DNA of 63,147 nt, filler included, from Conidiobolus incongruus B7586 (lineage: Eukaryota): the NCBI GenBank assembly GCA_000697335.1. It is 9 parts of 9 records of this genome, joined end to end, with 100 filler letters (N's around TTAATTAATTAA, not from the genome) between each part and the next. Parts side by side here need not be neighbours in the genome. Positions count along the whole stretch, not along the records: positions 1 to 11,618 come from JNEM01005960.1; positions 11,719 to 18,575 come from JNEM01005984.1; 7 more parts are not named here. One strand, 5' to 3'. The position numbers were made by a program, and so were the translations under genes. The notes beneath the pieces were generated by a model that did not search any database, was not told the DNA's origin, and saw nothing but the letters and a program-made list of their open reading frames with translations. How positions within the stretch are numbered: the first letter of the stretch is position 1; the number at the start of each line of letters is the position of its first letter. Shown piece after piece: positions 1 through 15,149 of the stretch.

Positions 1-3000
1 TAAAACAAACTAATAATTATATTATTAAAACTAATATTTTATCTTATTATTCTATAAATTAATTTAAATTAAAATATAATGAATAATTCTGCATTTATCT
101 ATTTATTTTATAATTATTGTTTTATATAATATATATTATAATTTTAGGTGAAAAAATTAATATTTACATATTAAAAGTAATTACAAATAGTTTGAAAATT
201 CATAATCTATTTTACTTTACTATATAATATAATATATATTTTGATCTTATAATATAAATTTAATCTATTAAGCAAGTAACTAATATAATTTTTTCAAATA
301 ATTTAATCCTTTGAAATAGATTTTAAAGAAAAATATTAATTTAAAACCATTATATATTGCAAGATATATTATATATATGCTAAAAAGGTTATTATTGAAA
401 TTTTACCAAAAATAAATTTATTTTTTTTATTTTTTGATAATAAATAAAAGAAATATTAAATATAAAAGTATATTTGATATAAAAAACTACCAAGGATATA
501 AAAATATTTTTTATTTATATTATTTTAAATTAAAAAATCAATCTTTTTAATTCTTATTAATATAAAATCAACAATAAGAAGATTAACAAAAGCTAATAGA
601 TAATTATTTAGGCTATAACTAAAAAAATACTATTAAAATATAGTCAAAATTAGATTTTTTTTATATAAAATTATTTAAGTTAATTTTTCTGAAAACTTTT
701 AAAAAACTATTTGTCTAAAAGAGATAAAAAATATATTACTAAATTGAAAATAATATTTTGATAATAATAATACTTCTCTTGTTGATAAGTAAAGGTTGAT
801 TATTATTTTATATTATAATCTTATATAGTTGATTTATTTAATTCCTACAGCGTATAAATTAGTAGTAAGTTTTATAATTTCTAAAGAATTTTTAATTGGT
901 GATTTATTAACTAATCAAAGACATTTAATACTATATACAAAATATAAAAGGATATAAAGCTTTTATTATAAATAATTTTTTAAAAAATAGAAAAAATAAA
1001 TGAATTTAATATTCTTATTAAATCATATTTTCTGTGATTATAACTGTTTTAATCATTTGAAGAATATATTTGGAGGAAAAACGCGCTTGAAGACAAATCA
1101 AATTCGTTTATAAAATATTATATTTTAGATTTTAATAAAAAGACTATTTCTAAGTTATTAAAAGTTTGCCACAAGTATGGCAAAGAGCGATGAATAACTA
1201 AATAAATATTCTCTTTTTATTATTTATTTAATTTTTGTATAGTAATTATTAATAATTTTATTTAACATTGATTTGGAAATTCTTCCATTATTTAATTTTT
1301 CTAATAATGATATCAATATTAAATTTTTATAGCAATTCATTCATATAGAGGAATCAAAACGTGACTAAAGTTTTATACTCTATATTATATTAATTTGATA
1401 TTATACAATCTTATATATGTCAATTAATTAAAAATTATAAGTAAATACATTAATTTAATTACTGATATATATTTTAAAAATTACAATTTGGATAATATAT
1501 CATTAAAATTGTGATTTGAATCCAATCGAATATAGTAAATATGCATAAATTTTAAATAGGAGATATTATAAATATAAAGATTTATTTAACTGTTTATTTA
1601 ATTAAAAGACTTTTAATATTATTATTCGAAAAGATAATTATTGTAAATAGTCTTTTTTTATTCGAAATTAAATTAACATTACATATTAAATACATATTCT
1701 TATAATTTAAATGTTTTGTGTTCTGATACTTTGATTATCACAATATTTGATAGTTGGGAAAAAAAACTATTAAATATGTAGTCTTTAAAAAAGGTAATTA
1801 TTATATATAATATTTCACCAATATTAATATTAGGTTAATTTATATTACATTATTCATAAAACAAAAACAACATGAAGATAATAAAACATTTATTCATTTC
1901 ATTTGTTTATAATCTGGTAATAAATTTATTGAAATACGCAAAAGTTTATTCAGGCTATATTCAAATAATTTATATTTTGTATAGTATATAAAAACTAATA
2001 TTCTTTTTAAATCTTTATTTACAAGCTATGAAAAAATATTCATAAATCAAATTTGATTAATAGTTTCATTCAATATTATTAAAATATTTTCTATATAATT
2101 AACTTTCTCATTACTGAAAAATAATAAATTTTGAATATATAATAATATATACTCAAATATCATTATATGCGATTTATTAATTTTATCTGGAAGTTGTATA
2201 GATGATTTTGAAAATAATTTTAAAAAATACCTTATTTTACAAAAAAATAGTATTATATTAAAATTATTAGAATATTTTTATAAATTTAATGATTTAGAGC
2301 GAAAGTTTGACTATAAGACCATTGAAAGTATATTAAAAATAATTTCTTTTTCAAAATTGTCAAATATATAATTTATTATAAAATATATCAAAATTAATCA
2401 ATCAAACCAAATCAAATTTTCAAAAAAAATGATCAGAATATAAATGTTAAGCAAATATATCTGATAATAGATAATAATTAATAAATATTTAGTACTTTTG
2501 TTGTAATATAACTAGCAAATACTTATAAATATATTTCAAAAAAAATATAGATAGATATTGAAAAGTTATGAAGAGGGAATATATAGCTATAACAAAACAT
2601 AGTTCAAGTAAGTTATGATATCTCTATAAAGTTTAATATGATGTTGAATAAGATAAAATGATTACAATAAGCTTCTTTGACCATTATTAAATCATAAATA
2701 ATTAGTTATAGAAATAATAGGGTTAAGAAAAAGTGTGTTATGAATATAGCTTTATTTTAATCCTTGTTCTCTAATGAATAATTCAATGTATGAAATCCTT
2801 TTTGATTACGAATAGATGAATTGGTATTAATATATTCCAAATATCTTAAATATGTTAAAGAGCATAATTTTTGATGACTTAATAGTATTTTAATATTATT
2901 TCTTATATTTTTAGATCAACATATTGTGGCAAATTTTAGATTTAATAACATATTTTATACCAAAGAGCATTAATTATTAAAGGCTGCTATTAATTGAAAT

Positions 3001-3609
3001 AAATTTCTTAAAGATTAATAGCTATTTTAGACATAATAGAGAGATAAAATAAATACAATAGTTTCAATAGAAATTTATTTGGTCATATAAATCGAAATTC
3101 TGTTTAGATAGAACTTTAGATAGAATGATGGAATTGTGAATAATTATCAGGTGGATATGGATAAGCAATTGTTCATGAAAAATGTGATATTAATTACATA
3201 ATTGATCAAAATTTGAGTTTTCTTGATATCTAGAAAATTTATAATCTCTACTGAGTATTGAATAGAGTTATCATTTAGCATGTATGGAGAGTACTAATAA
3301 TTCATTAAACAACTTTTCAATTATAAAAAATATAAATATAAACATTATATAATATTATATTAACCAAATAATTATAAATATAACCACAATTTTTATCTTT
3401 ATAATATTCTATCTAATATGTAATAAGAACATGGTATTTTTCATATCATAAATTACTGAACCGACAAAATAATATTGTAATATATATAATTTTAGTCAAT
3501 AATGAACTATATTTAGCTTTCCTCATTTATTAGTATAAAAGCTCAATGAATCATACAATTATTCATCTGAATTTACTCAATATACTTTAATAATCAACTA
3601 AAGACAAAT

Positions 3610-4214
3610 ATGAAAATAGCATCTCTTATCCAATTGGAATTACTTAATATTGTAGCAGGTTTAAATCAATACACTATCCAATATCCGTATACATTCAATC
3701 ATGATATGGATGCAATTTTAAATTTGACACAAGGATATAATACATTCGTGTTCTTTATGGGTAAGTATGAAGAGACACTATCAATCAAATATTTTAGTTA
3801 AGATAATGGAACGTAGGGAGTATCAATGCCACAACAGGAGAGTCATGGTGTCCTGACACTCGTAAAGCAATTGGTCCAGTTATTGAAAACGTTAGTAAAG
3901 TCAAAGATGCTACACTTGTTAAAGCAATGGTGGGGCTAAGATCAGAGTAATATTTAAGAATATTTTTATCATTTAATACATTCTAATTTACAATATTCAA
4001 TAGATGGAAATCTCAGTTTAACTATTATAAAAATCATAAATTAACCAATTTGACTAAAATTCCTACTTTAATGAATTGGAAAATGGTAATCATATTTATT
4101 ATATTTACAAAGTTAAACTAACAAATGATTTAGGACGGACCTCATCCGCATCGATTGATTGAAGCAGATTGTTACAATATTACATTGTTAAAGCAATATT
4201 TAAATGTTGACTAA
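3610..4214 (+). CDS. Thioredoxin-domain protein TXNDC17/TRP14-like (DUF953), 4 exons, active site WCPDT
   Basis: Exons 3610-3760, 3817-3946, 4004-4085 and 4134-4214 splice in frame at GT-AG sites. The product reads ...FVFFMG-SINATTGESWCPDTRKAIGPVIE...VGLRSEWKSQFNYYKNHKLTNLTKIPTLMNWKMDGPHPHRLIEADC..., matching the TRP14 pattern SWCPDC..A.P / G.R..WK / PTL / RL.E..C. Confidence 0.85.
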
Positions 4215-7200
4215 TTTTGATTAAATCATTTTTAACTTTAACATATTAATAATTATAAATATATATTCTTTAACCGCATTGATTAAAACTAAAATTTGTG
4301 ATAAAAATGGAATTAAAGCAGTTTTCATATTATAATTAATTATAAATTAATATATATTGATATATAAAAATTGGAATATCTATTAATATTAAAATAGAAC
4401 GATAAATAATAAATAATAATTTGAAACGAAATTTGCATTAACTAACCAGCAGATTTATAATATAAATTTTGCTATCCTATTTTTCTAGTGAATATTCAAA
4501 ATTGGAGATATAAATATATTACAAAATCGAAATTGGGAAAAATTTCAAACCATCAAATTAAATATATTACATTATATCAAATAATAAATGTATACTATTT
4601 TTTGTAAATAATATTGAGTTCAGTATTGATATCATAATATAATATATATAAATATTTAAATATATATCCTTATCTTATGTTTAAATAATTCTTTGTTTCA
4701 CATAATTTTCTGATTAATTATATTTAATTAATATAATATTGACTAAATAAACAGTTTTAGTTATTGGCGAAATTATTAATATTTTAGTTTTCTTAAATTT
4801 TGCATATTAATTTAATTTAATAATATTTAAGTTTTTAATCTCTATTACTATTATTATATATCAAATATTTTTCCTTTTTAGATGTATTTAATAAATTAAT
4901 GGTATTATAAATAATTGATAATGATAGTCTTCATTTCTGAAAAATTTAATTTAATTTATTTGGTATGAGTAAAAATATTTTATAATATATATATTTGAAA
5001 AATAAAACTCAATGATTTTACTATTATTAAAATACATCAAAAAATCCTAAATTCGGGGATATAATAAATATGAATAGTCTGTATATAAATCTAAATTGAG
5101 TATAATTATATGATATTAGTTATAAGCCAAAAATTAAATAATCATTAAATATAATATAATATGTATATTATATAGTTTTATATATTATATTTAGAAAATA
5201 ATTTAATATAATATGAATTATGACTGAGTTATTATTTTTACAAAATATCGAATACTAAGTTTTATAACCATTATTATTTTTAATTCAAATTTAAATATAT
5301 TTTAATGAGATAGCTTAACAACTTATATAAACTATACTGGCAATAAAATTAAAACCCTTTGAATATATATTAGAATATTAACTTAATCAATATAATATGA
5401 TCGAGGTATAGATATAGTAATACAAGTTTGATTTTATTATATTTTAATTTACTCAATACTGAACTATTAATATCACTTTTTAATAAGGTATTTTGATTTT
5501 TTTAATAATTTTGTGAATAATTACAAAATTGAGAATATTAAACTTAAATTTATATATTAAGTTTTTGGGATTGAAAATGTAAAAGTATTTATATAGAAAT
5601 TTAAATGTTTATATTAATTATAATTTGTATGAGATATAAATTATAAAATATAAATTTGATAAATTTGATTTAGCTATGATTATTGTAGTATATTATATAA
5701 TAATCGAATTGAAACTTAACAAAAATTATTTATATTGGCAAAATGAATATTTATTATAAAGTTTGATATAATTAATATATTACTAATCAAATATGCATCA
5801 CTAAGTTCCATTATCAATTATAAAGTTCTTGATAACATTTGCATATTTAGTATATTAAACAAAATTGCTTTATTAAATTTTTGGCTGAACATTGAACTTT
5901 GGTGATTATTACGGATTTTATTATAATATAATTTCTAATAATAAATAAAAATTATACTTGAAAGACTTGTGCTTCATATTATTCAACAATACTTTGCTCC
6001 ATAAATTTGTCAAACAGATGACCTATAAAATTATTTTTTTGTATTAATGACTGATTTTGAATCTTTAAATTTACAAATTTATAAATCATTTTAAAGCATT
6101 CCTGTGCTTGTTTTTAAAATCCCTAGCAGAATATAGTCACAATGAACGAAATCAGATTATTTGCCAAATAAGCTTACTCTTGCCTTCTAATTAATCAAGT
6201 TTTAACTAGTATAATATTCAATCTCTTTGAATTATTAAGTATAAATGATTGGTATTTAAATTTTGATTAAAAATTATCATTTTAAGATATGCTTAATTTG
6301 AAATTATTTATATATTTCGTTATTTAATATACTTTATTTTTAATAATCGTTTATAAAAGGCTCAGATAGTAGGAACTATATTAGGAACTATTATAGTTTG
6401 ATATTGAATACATTATAGTTTTTAATATTTGAAAAAGTTTGATCAAGCTTTACCCAAAATACGCTTCATTTTAATTTATCAATAAATGGATAGGGATCAA
6501 AAATGCATCTGATCTTGTAGTTTTTGAATTTTTCAAGGCCTTAATTAGATTGCTTAATGTTATACAGAGCCATAGATTATTTTAGTATTTTGATCAATTG
6601 TTATAATGTGAAGAAACTTATATCTCTTTTGGTAACCAAACCAATTCTATTTTTATGTTTATTCAAATTAGTTCCTTCTGATAATTGAAGCTTACCAGTT
6701 AATTAACTGAAAAAATAATTATAATTTTAGACTATATATAATTTAACTCTTTTGTTCGTTGTTTTCATATTTCTAATAATTAGGTGACCAGATTAAAGTA
6801 TATTTTTAACAAGCAATCTCTCTTAGTTGAAGTTACTGATTGAGTGTCTAATGATAGGGTAGAATAGATTCTTGTCACCAAAACTTTGAAAAAGTCTTAT
6901 TAATTCGATAGGTAGCCTAATTTGAGAGAAAAAATATTTGAATGCAATATCTTTGGCCAAGGGTTGCAAACGATTTAATAATTTCCTTTCAGCTCATATT
7001 ATTATTTCGTAATAATAATCAAAAACTTAAAGATTAAATATGACTGATGTATAATCAATGGATGTGTTTACTGATTTGAAGTTTCAAATTGATTCCATAA
7101 CTTGTATTTGAATCATTAAATTTGAAAAAAAATTCTGATTTTATTATCTATATATGCTAAATTTTAATAGTATTGAATATCAAAGCAATAATTGTTGAAT

Positions 7201-9459
7201 TTTAAATTTATAATAATTAGTCACTCAACTATGTTTTAGAATTGACTGCGAATAATGCTATGACATCATCCCAAGAACTCAAATCAGACAAAATCCAATA
7301 CAAATTTGACTGAGATCACCTAGCTGAGTTAAAAGTACTTTTCACAACATGATATAATTAACCCAAAAAATATAACCTCTTTTATACTAGTCATTCTAAT
7401 TCTATTTCATGTAAAGAATTATACTACGGATTGGAAGCAAACAGAGTTGTCTCAAAAAGTAACAAAATCCAATATAAATGTGAAGGAGTTTTCAAAGTTA
7501 AAATTGGTATTTTATTCTCGAGGTATCCTAGTATATTTTGGATTTAAAGTCATTAATTAATTATTGAAAATATTAATTTATTCTTGTATTGACTTGGGTA
7601 TTATTACTTTGAATTTTGTTGTTGAATTCGATTTCAAAACTATAGTCGATAAGGTGAATAGGTTGGTAATTCACATGTCTCAAGAATTGAATACTTTTAG
7701 AATTAAGGCTAAAGACCACCTGGTTCACTTATATTGGGGCCTTTATCATAATGATTTAATTATCATGTGGAATTTTTTAGTAAAATGTTGAGATTATTCA
7801 CTTGCTCATATAAATGCTATTGTCCTTAAGGTTTAGAATTTATCACAACGTTGTGGTTAATCACTTTATTACCAGTTTTTGATCGTTTTCTAATAGATAT
7901 ACTCTTTCTTACTCTTTCCAAATCTTACGATTTCAGTAATTTATTTATTTCCTTTTTAACCACCCAAACTCTATCTAATTTAAAATTATCAATTTAAAAA
8001 TTGTAGAAAAGCTCAATTTTGAATGGTTTTTATTCACGACTCTACCTTATATTTCATTAAATACCAGATTGCGTTGAAATTTCTAATTACTAATAGTATT
8101 CACTTATGGAATCTAACCAACCTTCGCCAACTCTTTCAACATTACTTCCCCGTCATAATTTCGCAATTTGAGCAAAAAATATCCAATTCCCAGATTATTT
8201 AGCAAATCACGCAATTCTTCAAAGAAGAAAATTTATTTCATTAACTCTCGCATTCACTACCACTTTAATCTCAACTGGATGGTTCCAATTCTGTCATTTC
8301 TTAGAATTTTACCTCCTCACACTCATATACGAGCTCTAACTCACCGCACTCAAAATCTTTCACTGGGTCAATGACAAATACATCAAACTCAAACCTGAAA
8401 TCCATCACATTTACATCAATGCATTGCTATCACAACTACATTATATAACTTTATTGTTAAAATACTTGAATTTGATGTTGGCTATAACAGTTAAGGAATT
8501 AACAGATATTACTAAAAGATTTTGGCAAAGGTTCAATTCTTAGTACGATTCTATCGCTGAGTTGGATCATTTAAAGAATCATGACAAAGTTAAAATAGAA
8601 TAATAATAAATTAACTATATAAATATATATATTAAGACTTATATTATAATATATGTTGAATAATTTTATGCATAGTTGGTAAGGTTCAAAATTAAAATTC
8701 CTTTTTAATAATTTTAACTTATTTTAAATTAGTTGATTATTTAAATTTTATGATTCTCAAATTTTAATTTAAAAACTTTATATTAACTTTAAGCCACAAT
8801 ATTAAAAATTGTTTAATAGAAATTACAGCCGTAAAATATAGTTTATTTTTTGATTTTTATAATGTCAATTAATTCTCATAATATGTTAATTACTATAGTA
8901 TTTCGTTTGATTGGTAAAAGTATTAAATTTATAATTCATTAATATTATTATTTATTAGCATTTAAAACATAATTCACTTTTAAAAAGTATAATTTATTAA
9001 ATTAAAATTTATTATACTCTGAAATATTATATTAATCTAAATATATTCATTTTACCTAATCTTTATTTTTACTTTTTTCAAATATTCATTAATTAAATGT
9101 ATTGATAATAATTAATTATTATTGATATTGAAGAGTCTCTAATATAGACTAATATTTTCTAGATTAATTTAATATAAATAATGTAAAATTATAAGAATTA
9201 TTATTTTATTAAAATTAGGTCAAATAAATTAAAATGAAGTTATCATTAATATTTATATATTTTTAAGTTCTGAATCAATTATATTTATCTGTATATTAAA
9301 TTATTTAATTCTTGAAGAGTTACTAAATTTTACTTTTTAATTTAAATAATGGGATTTTTTTACAATTGAGAGAAAAAATTCAATATATAATAGATAGAAT
9401 TAGATTAATAATAATAAACTAATATTTTCTTTGATTATTAATAATATTTTGTCATACTA

Positions 9460-9740
9460 TCAATAAGCTTTTAATATCTAAAAAACAATTTTTTATATTA
9501 AAAATTGAAATTTGATATTTCACAAATTAATTTAATTTTTTTGAAGATATTTTCTTTTTTATAAGTTGGTTTTTTAATTACTTAAAACAATACTAATTAT
9601 ATAGGCTATAATCTAAGTAATATATCAAATATGATAATTTTTTCCAAATATTTTCAATTTAATATTGCTTTATACCTTTAAGTTTATATAATTTGTAATT
9701 ATTTTACAAAATAATAGTTTTTTAAAATTATATTAATATA
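9460..9740. repeat. Degenerate ~280-bp repeat, copy 1 (family also at 9870-10150 and 60880-61164)
   Basis: Collinear blocks shared by all three copies, e.g. ttttaatta(c/t)ttaaaa(c/t)aat...tatagg(c/t)tataat. Boundaries approximate. Confidence 0.7.
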
Positions 9741-9869
9741 GAAATTAAGTAATAACATAATTTTAAAATTAAAATTAAACAAATAAATTGATAAATAATA
9801 TACAAAAATTAATGAATAATACAAAATTAATAGCCTCCTTTATTATTAATAACTTTTTTATATATCTTT

Positions 9870-10150
9870 TGTAAGCTTCTAATATCTAAAAAATAGTTCT
9901 TTTTATCAAAAACTGAGATTTGATATTTTATAAAGTAATTTAATTTGTTTATAAGAATTTTTTTCCTATAAGCTATTTTTTTAATTATTTAAAACAATTA
10001 TAATCATATAGGTTATAATTAAGTGAAAATACTAAATATGATAACTCCATCTATTTTATATATATATAAAATCTTTTATAGCTTTAGTTTAATATATTTT
10101 ATAATTATTATATAAAAAAATAGATTTTTTTAATTTATATTGAGAATATT
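9870..10150. repeat. Degenerate ~280-bp repeat, copy 2 (direct repeat of 9460-9740)
   Basis: taagcttctaatatctaaaaaa...atttgatattt...aaaacaattataatcatataggttataat aligns with copy 1. Confidence 0.7.
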
Positions 10151-11618
10151 ATTTAGAAATTATTTTATTTAAAATGGTAATAAGTAATTTATTATCAATT
10201 CATTTTCCTTGGGGTATTAAATAAAAAAACCATATATTATTATAATCTATTATAATAATTAATATTCTCTTATATTTAAAATACTTATTTATTAAAATTT
10301 TTAGAAGGGATTAATTTAACTTATCATAATATTTTGTTTTATATTTAGGTAAAGAATTATATAAAGAAATTTAAAATTCATTAATTACAAGTATTTATTG
10401 TAAAAACCTTTGATTTTAGTTATATATTAATAAATTTAGTTGAGCTATAGCTATTCTAGTTTTCTTTTAAACTTCTTTCAAATTATAAGATATTTATTTT
10501 ATATTTTTATTAATTAATCAAAGTTTAATCTTAAGTAAATATAATATGCTTATATAATTAATATTAAATTACTTTGATAGTTTTTTAATAAAAATAAAAG
10601 GGTATCTTTAATATATTTTTTTATTTTATTAATAAGTAAAAGAATAACAATAGAAATTAGTCTTTTAAATTTTTATAAATTTTAAATAATGTCCCTTCTA
10701 GCTTTAAAATGACAAATCTAGCAACATATTGTAGTTTTAAATAAAGCACCATCTTTATAAGCTGTTTATAAGTTTTAGATGATTTTAGAGGGTTTATGGT
10801 TAAGTTTTAAAAATACCAAAATAAAAGCCTTTTGATATTCATAATTTAGTTTAAATATAAATAAATTTAAATTCAAATTTTAAAATCAAAATATATTAAT
10901 AAAAAAAATAATTAAAATTCAAAATATATATATAGTTTGAAAATATATATTTTTTTTATATATTTTATATAAATATAATTTTTTAAAATATATAATATAT
11001 TTGAAAGATCAGAAATTAAAAAAATTACCATTTTTTAATTTTTATACTAATATTAAAAATACAAATTAAAAATAATTTTATTTAAAAATATGATATAAAG
11101 CTTATTATTAATTGATTTTATATTAAAAAATATATAAAAATCATATATACTAAGATAAATTTAACTATTAATTAATATTTATGAAAAAGATTATTTAAAA
11201 ATAATTAATTTATTTTTATTTATTTCCTTGATTTATATTTCAATAATAAATTATATATAGAGAGTTAGAATTTATTAAAATTATGATATATTTTTAAAGC
11301 TTTAGTTTCTAGTAATATTTTAATAAATTCTATTTGTTAATAGTTATTTTAACTTTTTATTAAGCTAATATTTAATTATATAGACCTATTTTATATTTTT
11401 ATTATTTAAGTTTAAACTTTATTAAATATAAAATATTTATATAGCTAATATTAAAATATTTTGAAAATTATTAAATTGAAATAAAAAGATAATTTTTAAT
11501 ATTTTTTTTAACTTTATTAATAATTTAATAAATGATAGTTAAAATTAGTTTTCTAGATTTTAATAAGTTTTAGGTAATTTTTTTCCAAGTATTAAAGAAA
11601 TTTATCTATTGATAAATA

Positions 11619-11718
11619 NNNNNNNNNNNNNNNNNNNNNNNNNNNNNNNNNNNNNNNNNNNNTTAATTAATTAANNNNNNNNNNNNNNNNNNNNNNNNNN
11701 NNNNNNNNNNNNNNNNNN
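11619..11718. other. Assembly gap linker; also at 18576-18675, 21780-21879, 23410-23509, 46153-46252, 47388-47487, 55466-55565 and 61165-61264
   Basis: Identical 44 N + TTAATTAATTAA + 44 N at eight sites. The 12-mer gives stop codons in all six frames. Confidence 0.98.
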
Positions 11719-12836
11719 TTAATATTAATTTTATAAGTATTTTATATATATTAAAGTTTAAACTTAAATTAATAAATAAAAATATAAAATAAATACCTTA
11801 TAATTTAACTAAAGCTTAAAAAAAGTTAAAGAACTATTATTAAAGAAAATTTATTAAAATATAATTAAAAAATTAAACTTTTATAGAAAATAATTATAAT
11901 TAATAAATCTTAAATTTTTATATATAATTTTTTATTAAAACACAAATTAAAATGTTAAATTAACTTTTTTTATAAATTTCTTTAAATAAATATTTTATTA
12001 ATAAGTGAATATTAATTATTATAATAAATTATAATAATATATACTATTCTTATTTAATTCTTAAAAGAAAATAAATTAATAATAAATTTTATATTGTTTT
12101 TTTAAATAAAATTATTTTTAATTGGTGTTTTTAATATAATTTAAGAAAACTTATTATTTTATATAATAATTATAAAATACATAAATCTAAAGCTATAAAA
12201 AACTTTCTAATTAAAAATAACTAGAAAAAACTATTATATTTAGTATATTCTTTAGATTATAACTTATATAATTATAATTACTTTAAGCAATTAAAAAATT
12301 AACTTATAAGAAAATTTCTTTAAGAAAATTTAATTGGTTTATAAAATATCAAATTTTAATCTTTAATAAAAAGAAATGTTTTTTAAGTGTTAGAAGTTTG
12401 TTAAAAGTATAGTAAAAAGTTATTAATAATAAAAGAAACTATTAAATTTATATTTTATATTTATTTCTATATATCATATATTAAAATGTTTATTTATTTT
12501 TAATTGCAAAAATTTCCCATTATTAAAAATGCAGATTAATACTTTAATGTAAATTAGATATTGATCAATAAAGTTTTTTGTATAAAAAAATTGAAGTCAA
12601 TTGTAGTAGTTGTATTCATATTGATATTAATGTCAATTTAATGATATAAATCTATTAAGATTAAATAATTTACATGGAAAATGGTAGTCTATTTAAATTG
12701 ATATTAAAAATTATGAGGTAGGAACTTGCATTAAATAAAATTGATCCAATAACCAACTAAATGAATAAAGATCAGTGATATTAATGAAGGAATTGATGCA
12801 ATTTATAAATACATTGATATTTACAATGAATTAGAA

Positions 12837-14276
12837 TTAATCTAATTTTTTCCTCCTCTTCAATTCCCGAATATTGCGCTGTTCTTCTTGGTAGTTGTGA
12901 AGACCTCCTAATTTCTTTAAGTGGCTGCTACCTACTTGATACCATGGAGAATCCTAATGCAATGCAATATTAAAAGTTATTCATTGAATAAACAAAATCA
13001 TGCTCACCTGAGTGGTATCTTGATCTTTCAAATGCGTATACTTAGTCTGACCAGCTCTACCAAAGTTCTTGACTTGCATAACCTTAGGCAAAGCCTGCTT
13101 ATTTTTAATTTCACCTTCGGTAGTCTCCATTGCATCACGCTTATAGACAGCTTCGTCTTTATCCATAAAGAAAGCACCCTTGTGGTGATACCTTTGCATA
13201 AATACTGGTTTCGCCCTAAGCTCCTTCTCTTTCTGTTGCTCTTCAATTCGTTTGAGATCTTCTTCCAATTTTTCGGCTTCACTCATATTGCGACGACGTT
13301 CAAGTTCTTCTCGTTCTTTCTCCAAAGCTTCGCGCTCCTCTTTGTCGCGCTTTATACGTAATAGTTCGCGTAGTTTCCATTCTTCATATTCTGCTTCAGG
13401 GTCAAGACCGTCAGTATCATCTACTTCGGTGTCGAGTTTGTTAGCGTTTTTAGCTATAGAATCAGATTAGTTTATACCATTTACTATCTTTTAGTATAAT
13501 ATAAAATTACCTAATTCAATTTCTTTTCTAACAATCTCCTGTACGACTTGTTTACTCTCCTTCTTTCTATTTTCAATCTCCTCCAACTTTAATTTCTCTA
13601 ATTGCTCAGCTTCTTGAGCTAATTTCTCTTTTTCAAGTGTTGAAGTTCTCAAGTTTCTAAAAATTAATTAATATTAAGAAAATTAAATAATAATTGGTAT
13701 GAATTACTTTGGAATAAATACAGGTTTGAAAAGTTGAGGTCGTTCATCTTCAGAACTCTCTTCTTCTGAGCTAGTTTCCTCTTCCTAAAATAATATATTA
13801 ATAAAATTAACTAATTTAATAAAATATATAAAATTACTTCAGAATCTTCTTCCTCTTCGGACTTTTCAGCAGTTTGTTGTGCCATAGATTGCTCTAGAGC
13901 CAACTGTTTTTGACGTTCTAGAGCCAACGCCCGAACTCTAGCTCTGTCGTCAACTTCGTCATCTTCGGAATCTTCACTTTCTAAATTATCATATTTAATA
14001 AATGTTATAAAGAGATTATGTTTAAAAAAATATTTTACCTGATTCAGATATTTCCGCCCTCATCGGCATTGTTACTATGGGTCTTTTTACTATCGTTTCA
14101 ATTTGTATTTTGTTACTTCTAATATTGTTCTCATCGTCAGATTCTTGTTCTTTTTGAATTTGCTCAACTTCAGACTCTTCACTAGAACTGTATTCTTCCT
14201 GAACTTCAGGCCCTTTTCCTGGGAAGTAACGTTTTACTTTTGTGCCACTTGTAGCTGGTAACTGGCGTTGACTCAT
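12837..14276 (-). CDS. MFAP1: Microfibrillar-associated protein 1 (spliceosomal B-complex protein), multi-exon
   Basis: N-terminal [10 protein letters not shown] and acidic linker. C-terminal [26 protein letters not shown]...[12 protein letters not shown]...[31 protein letters not shown]. Stop TAA at 12837-12839. Confidence 0.93.
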
Positions 14277-15149
14277 TTCAGTAATATTTTATATAATTAT
14301 ATATAACAATTATAATTTATAAAAATTTTTAAATTTATAATTTTATATGCAGATTGATTATAATCTATAAAATAATTAATAACTATTATAATAATTTGAA
14401 TTGAATTTGGATTAAATATATTGAGTCTATCATATAAATTTATTCAAATTACAATTAAAAAAATAATGGGAATAAATGTGATCTCTTCTTAATTAGGTAA
14501 TATTCAAACATTGATTCTTAATACAAAAATTCATCCAATTGAAATGATATGTAATGTCGATATAGAAATTAGAAATCATTTAGAAGATAAAGAATTAAGC
14601 AAGAAGAATTATAATAAATTATAATCACTAATTGAATTTATAACATATTTATTCAAGTTTATAATCTATTCATCAATTTGGAAATTTAAAAAAATATATA
14701 CAATTTTTTGAAATTATTTTATATAATGATTTCAATGTAGATTTTGATCATTAAAATATTATTAAGAGTTTTATTATAACTATATTGTGAATTTTATTAA
14801 TTTGTTTATATATCAGTTATACTATATGAATGAATATTCTAGTGTGATATTTCTAATCATCTTAATTATTATATTAGTTGCTGTTATATTTTGTAAATTA
14901 ATTTATATCAAAAAAGAAATAATTCAATCATTTTGAATTAAATAATCATAATTGTCTGATTAGTATTTAAAAAAATTAATTTTCATTTTAAAGTTAATAA
15001 AAATAATAATAATAGATTAAATATAATTAATAGTTATAAGTTTATTCACATTTTAAAATTATTTTATATAATGAAATACAATACCCCTATATTAAAAATT
15101 TTCATTTGTTTACCAATTGAAAATGACATTCTGATTGATTTTTAAAGCT

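Noticed and set aside
10150..12480. Extremely AT-rich block, possibly another transposon relic (also 1-900 and 19700-21100)
   Set aside because: No termini, second copy or protein motif could be identified by eye.
12921..13470. Plus-strand and alternate-frame ORFs over MFAP1; similar ORFs over TRL1, GUS1, IQGAP, JIP5, the GPI protein and the secreted family
   Set aside because: Antisense or shifted-frame shadows of real exons, with no independent motifs.
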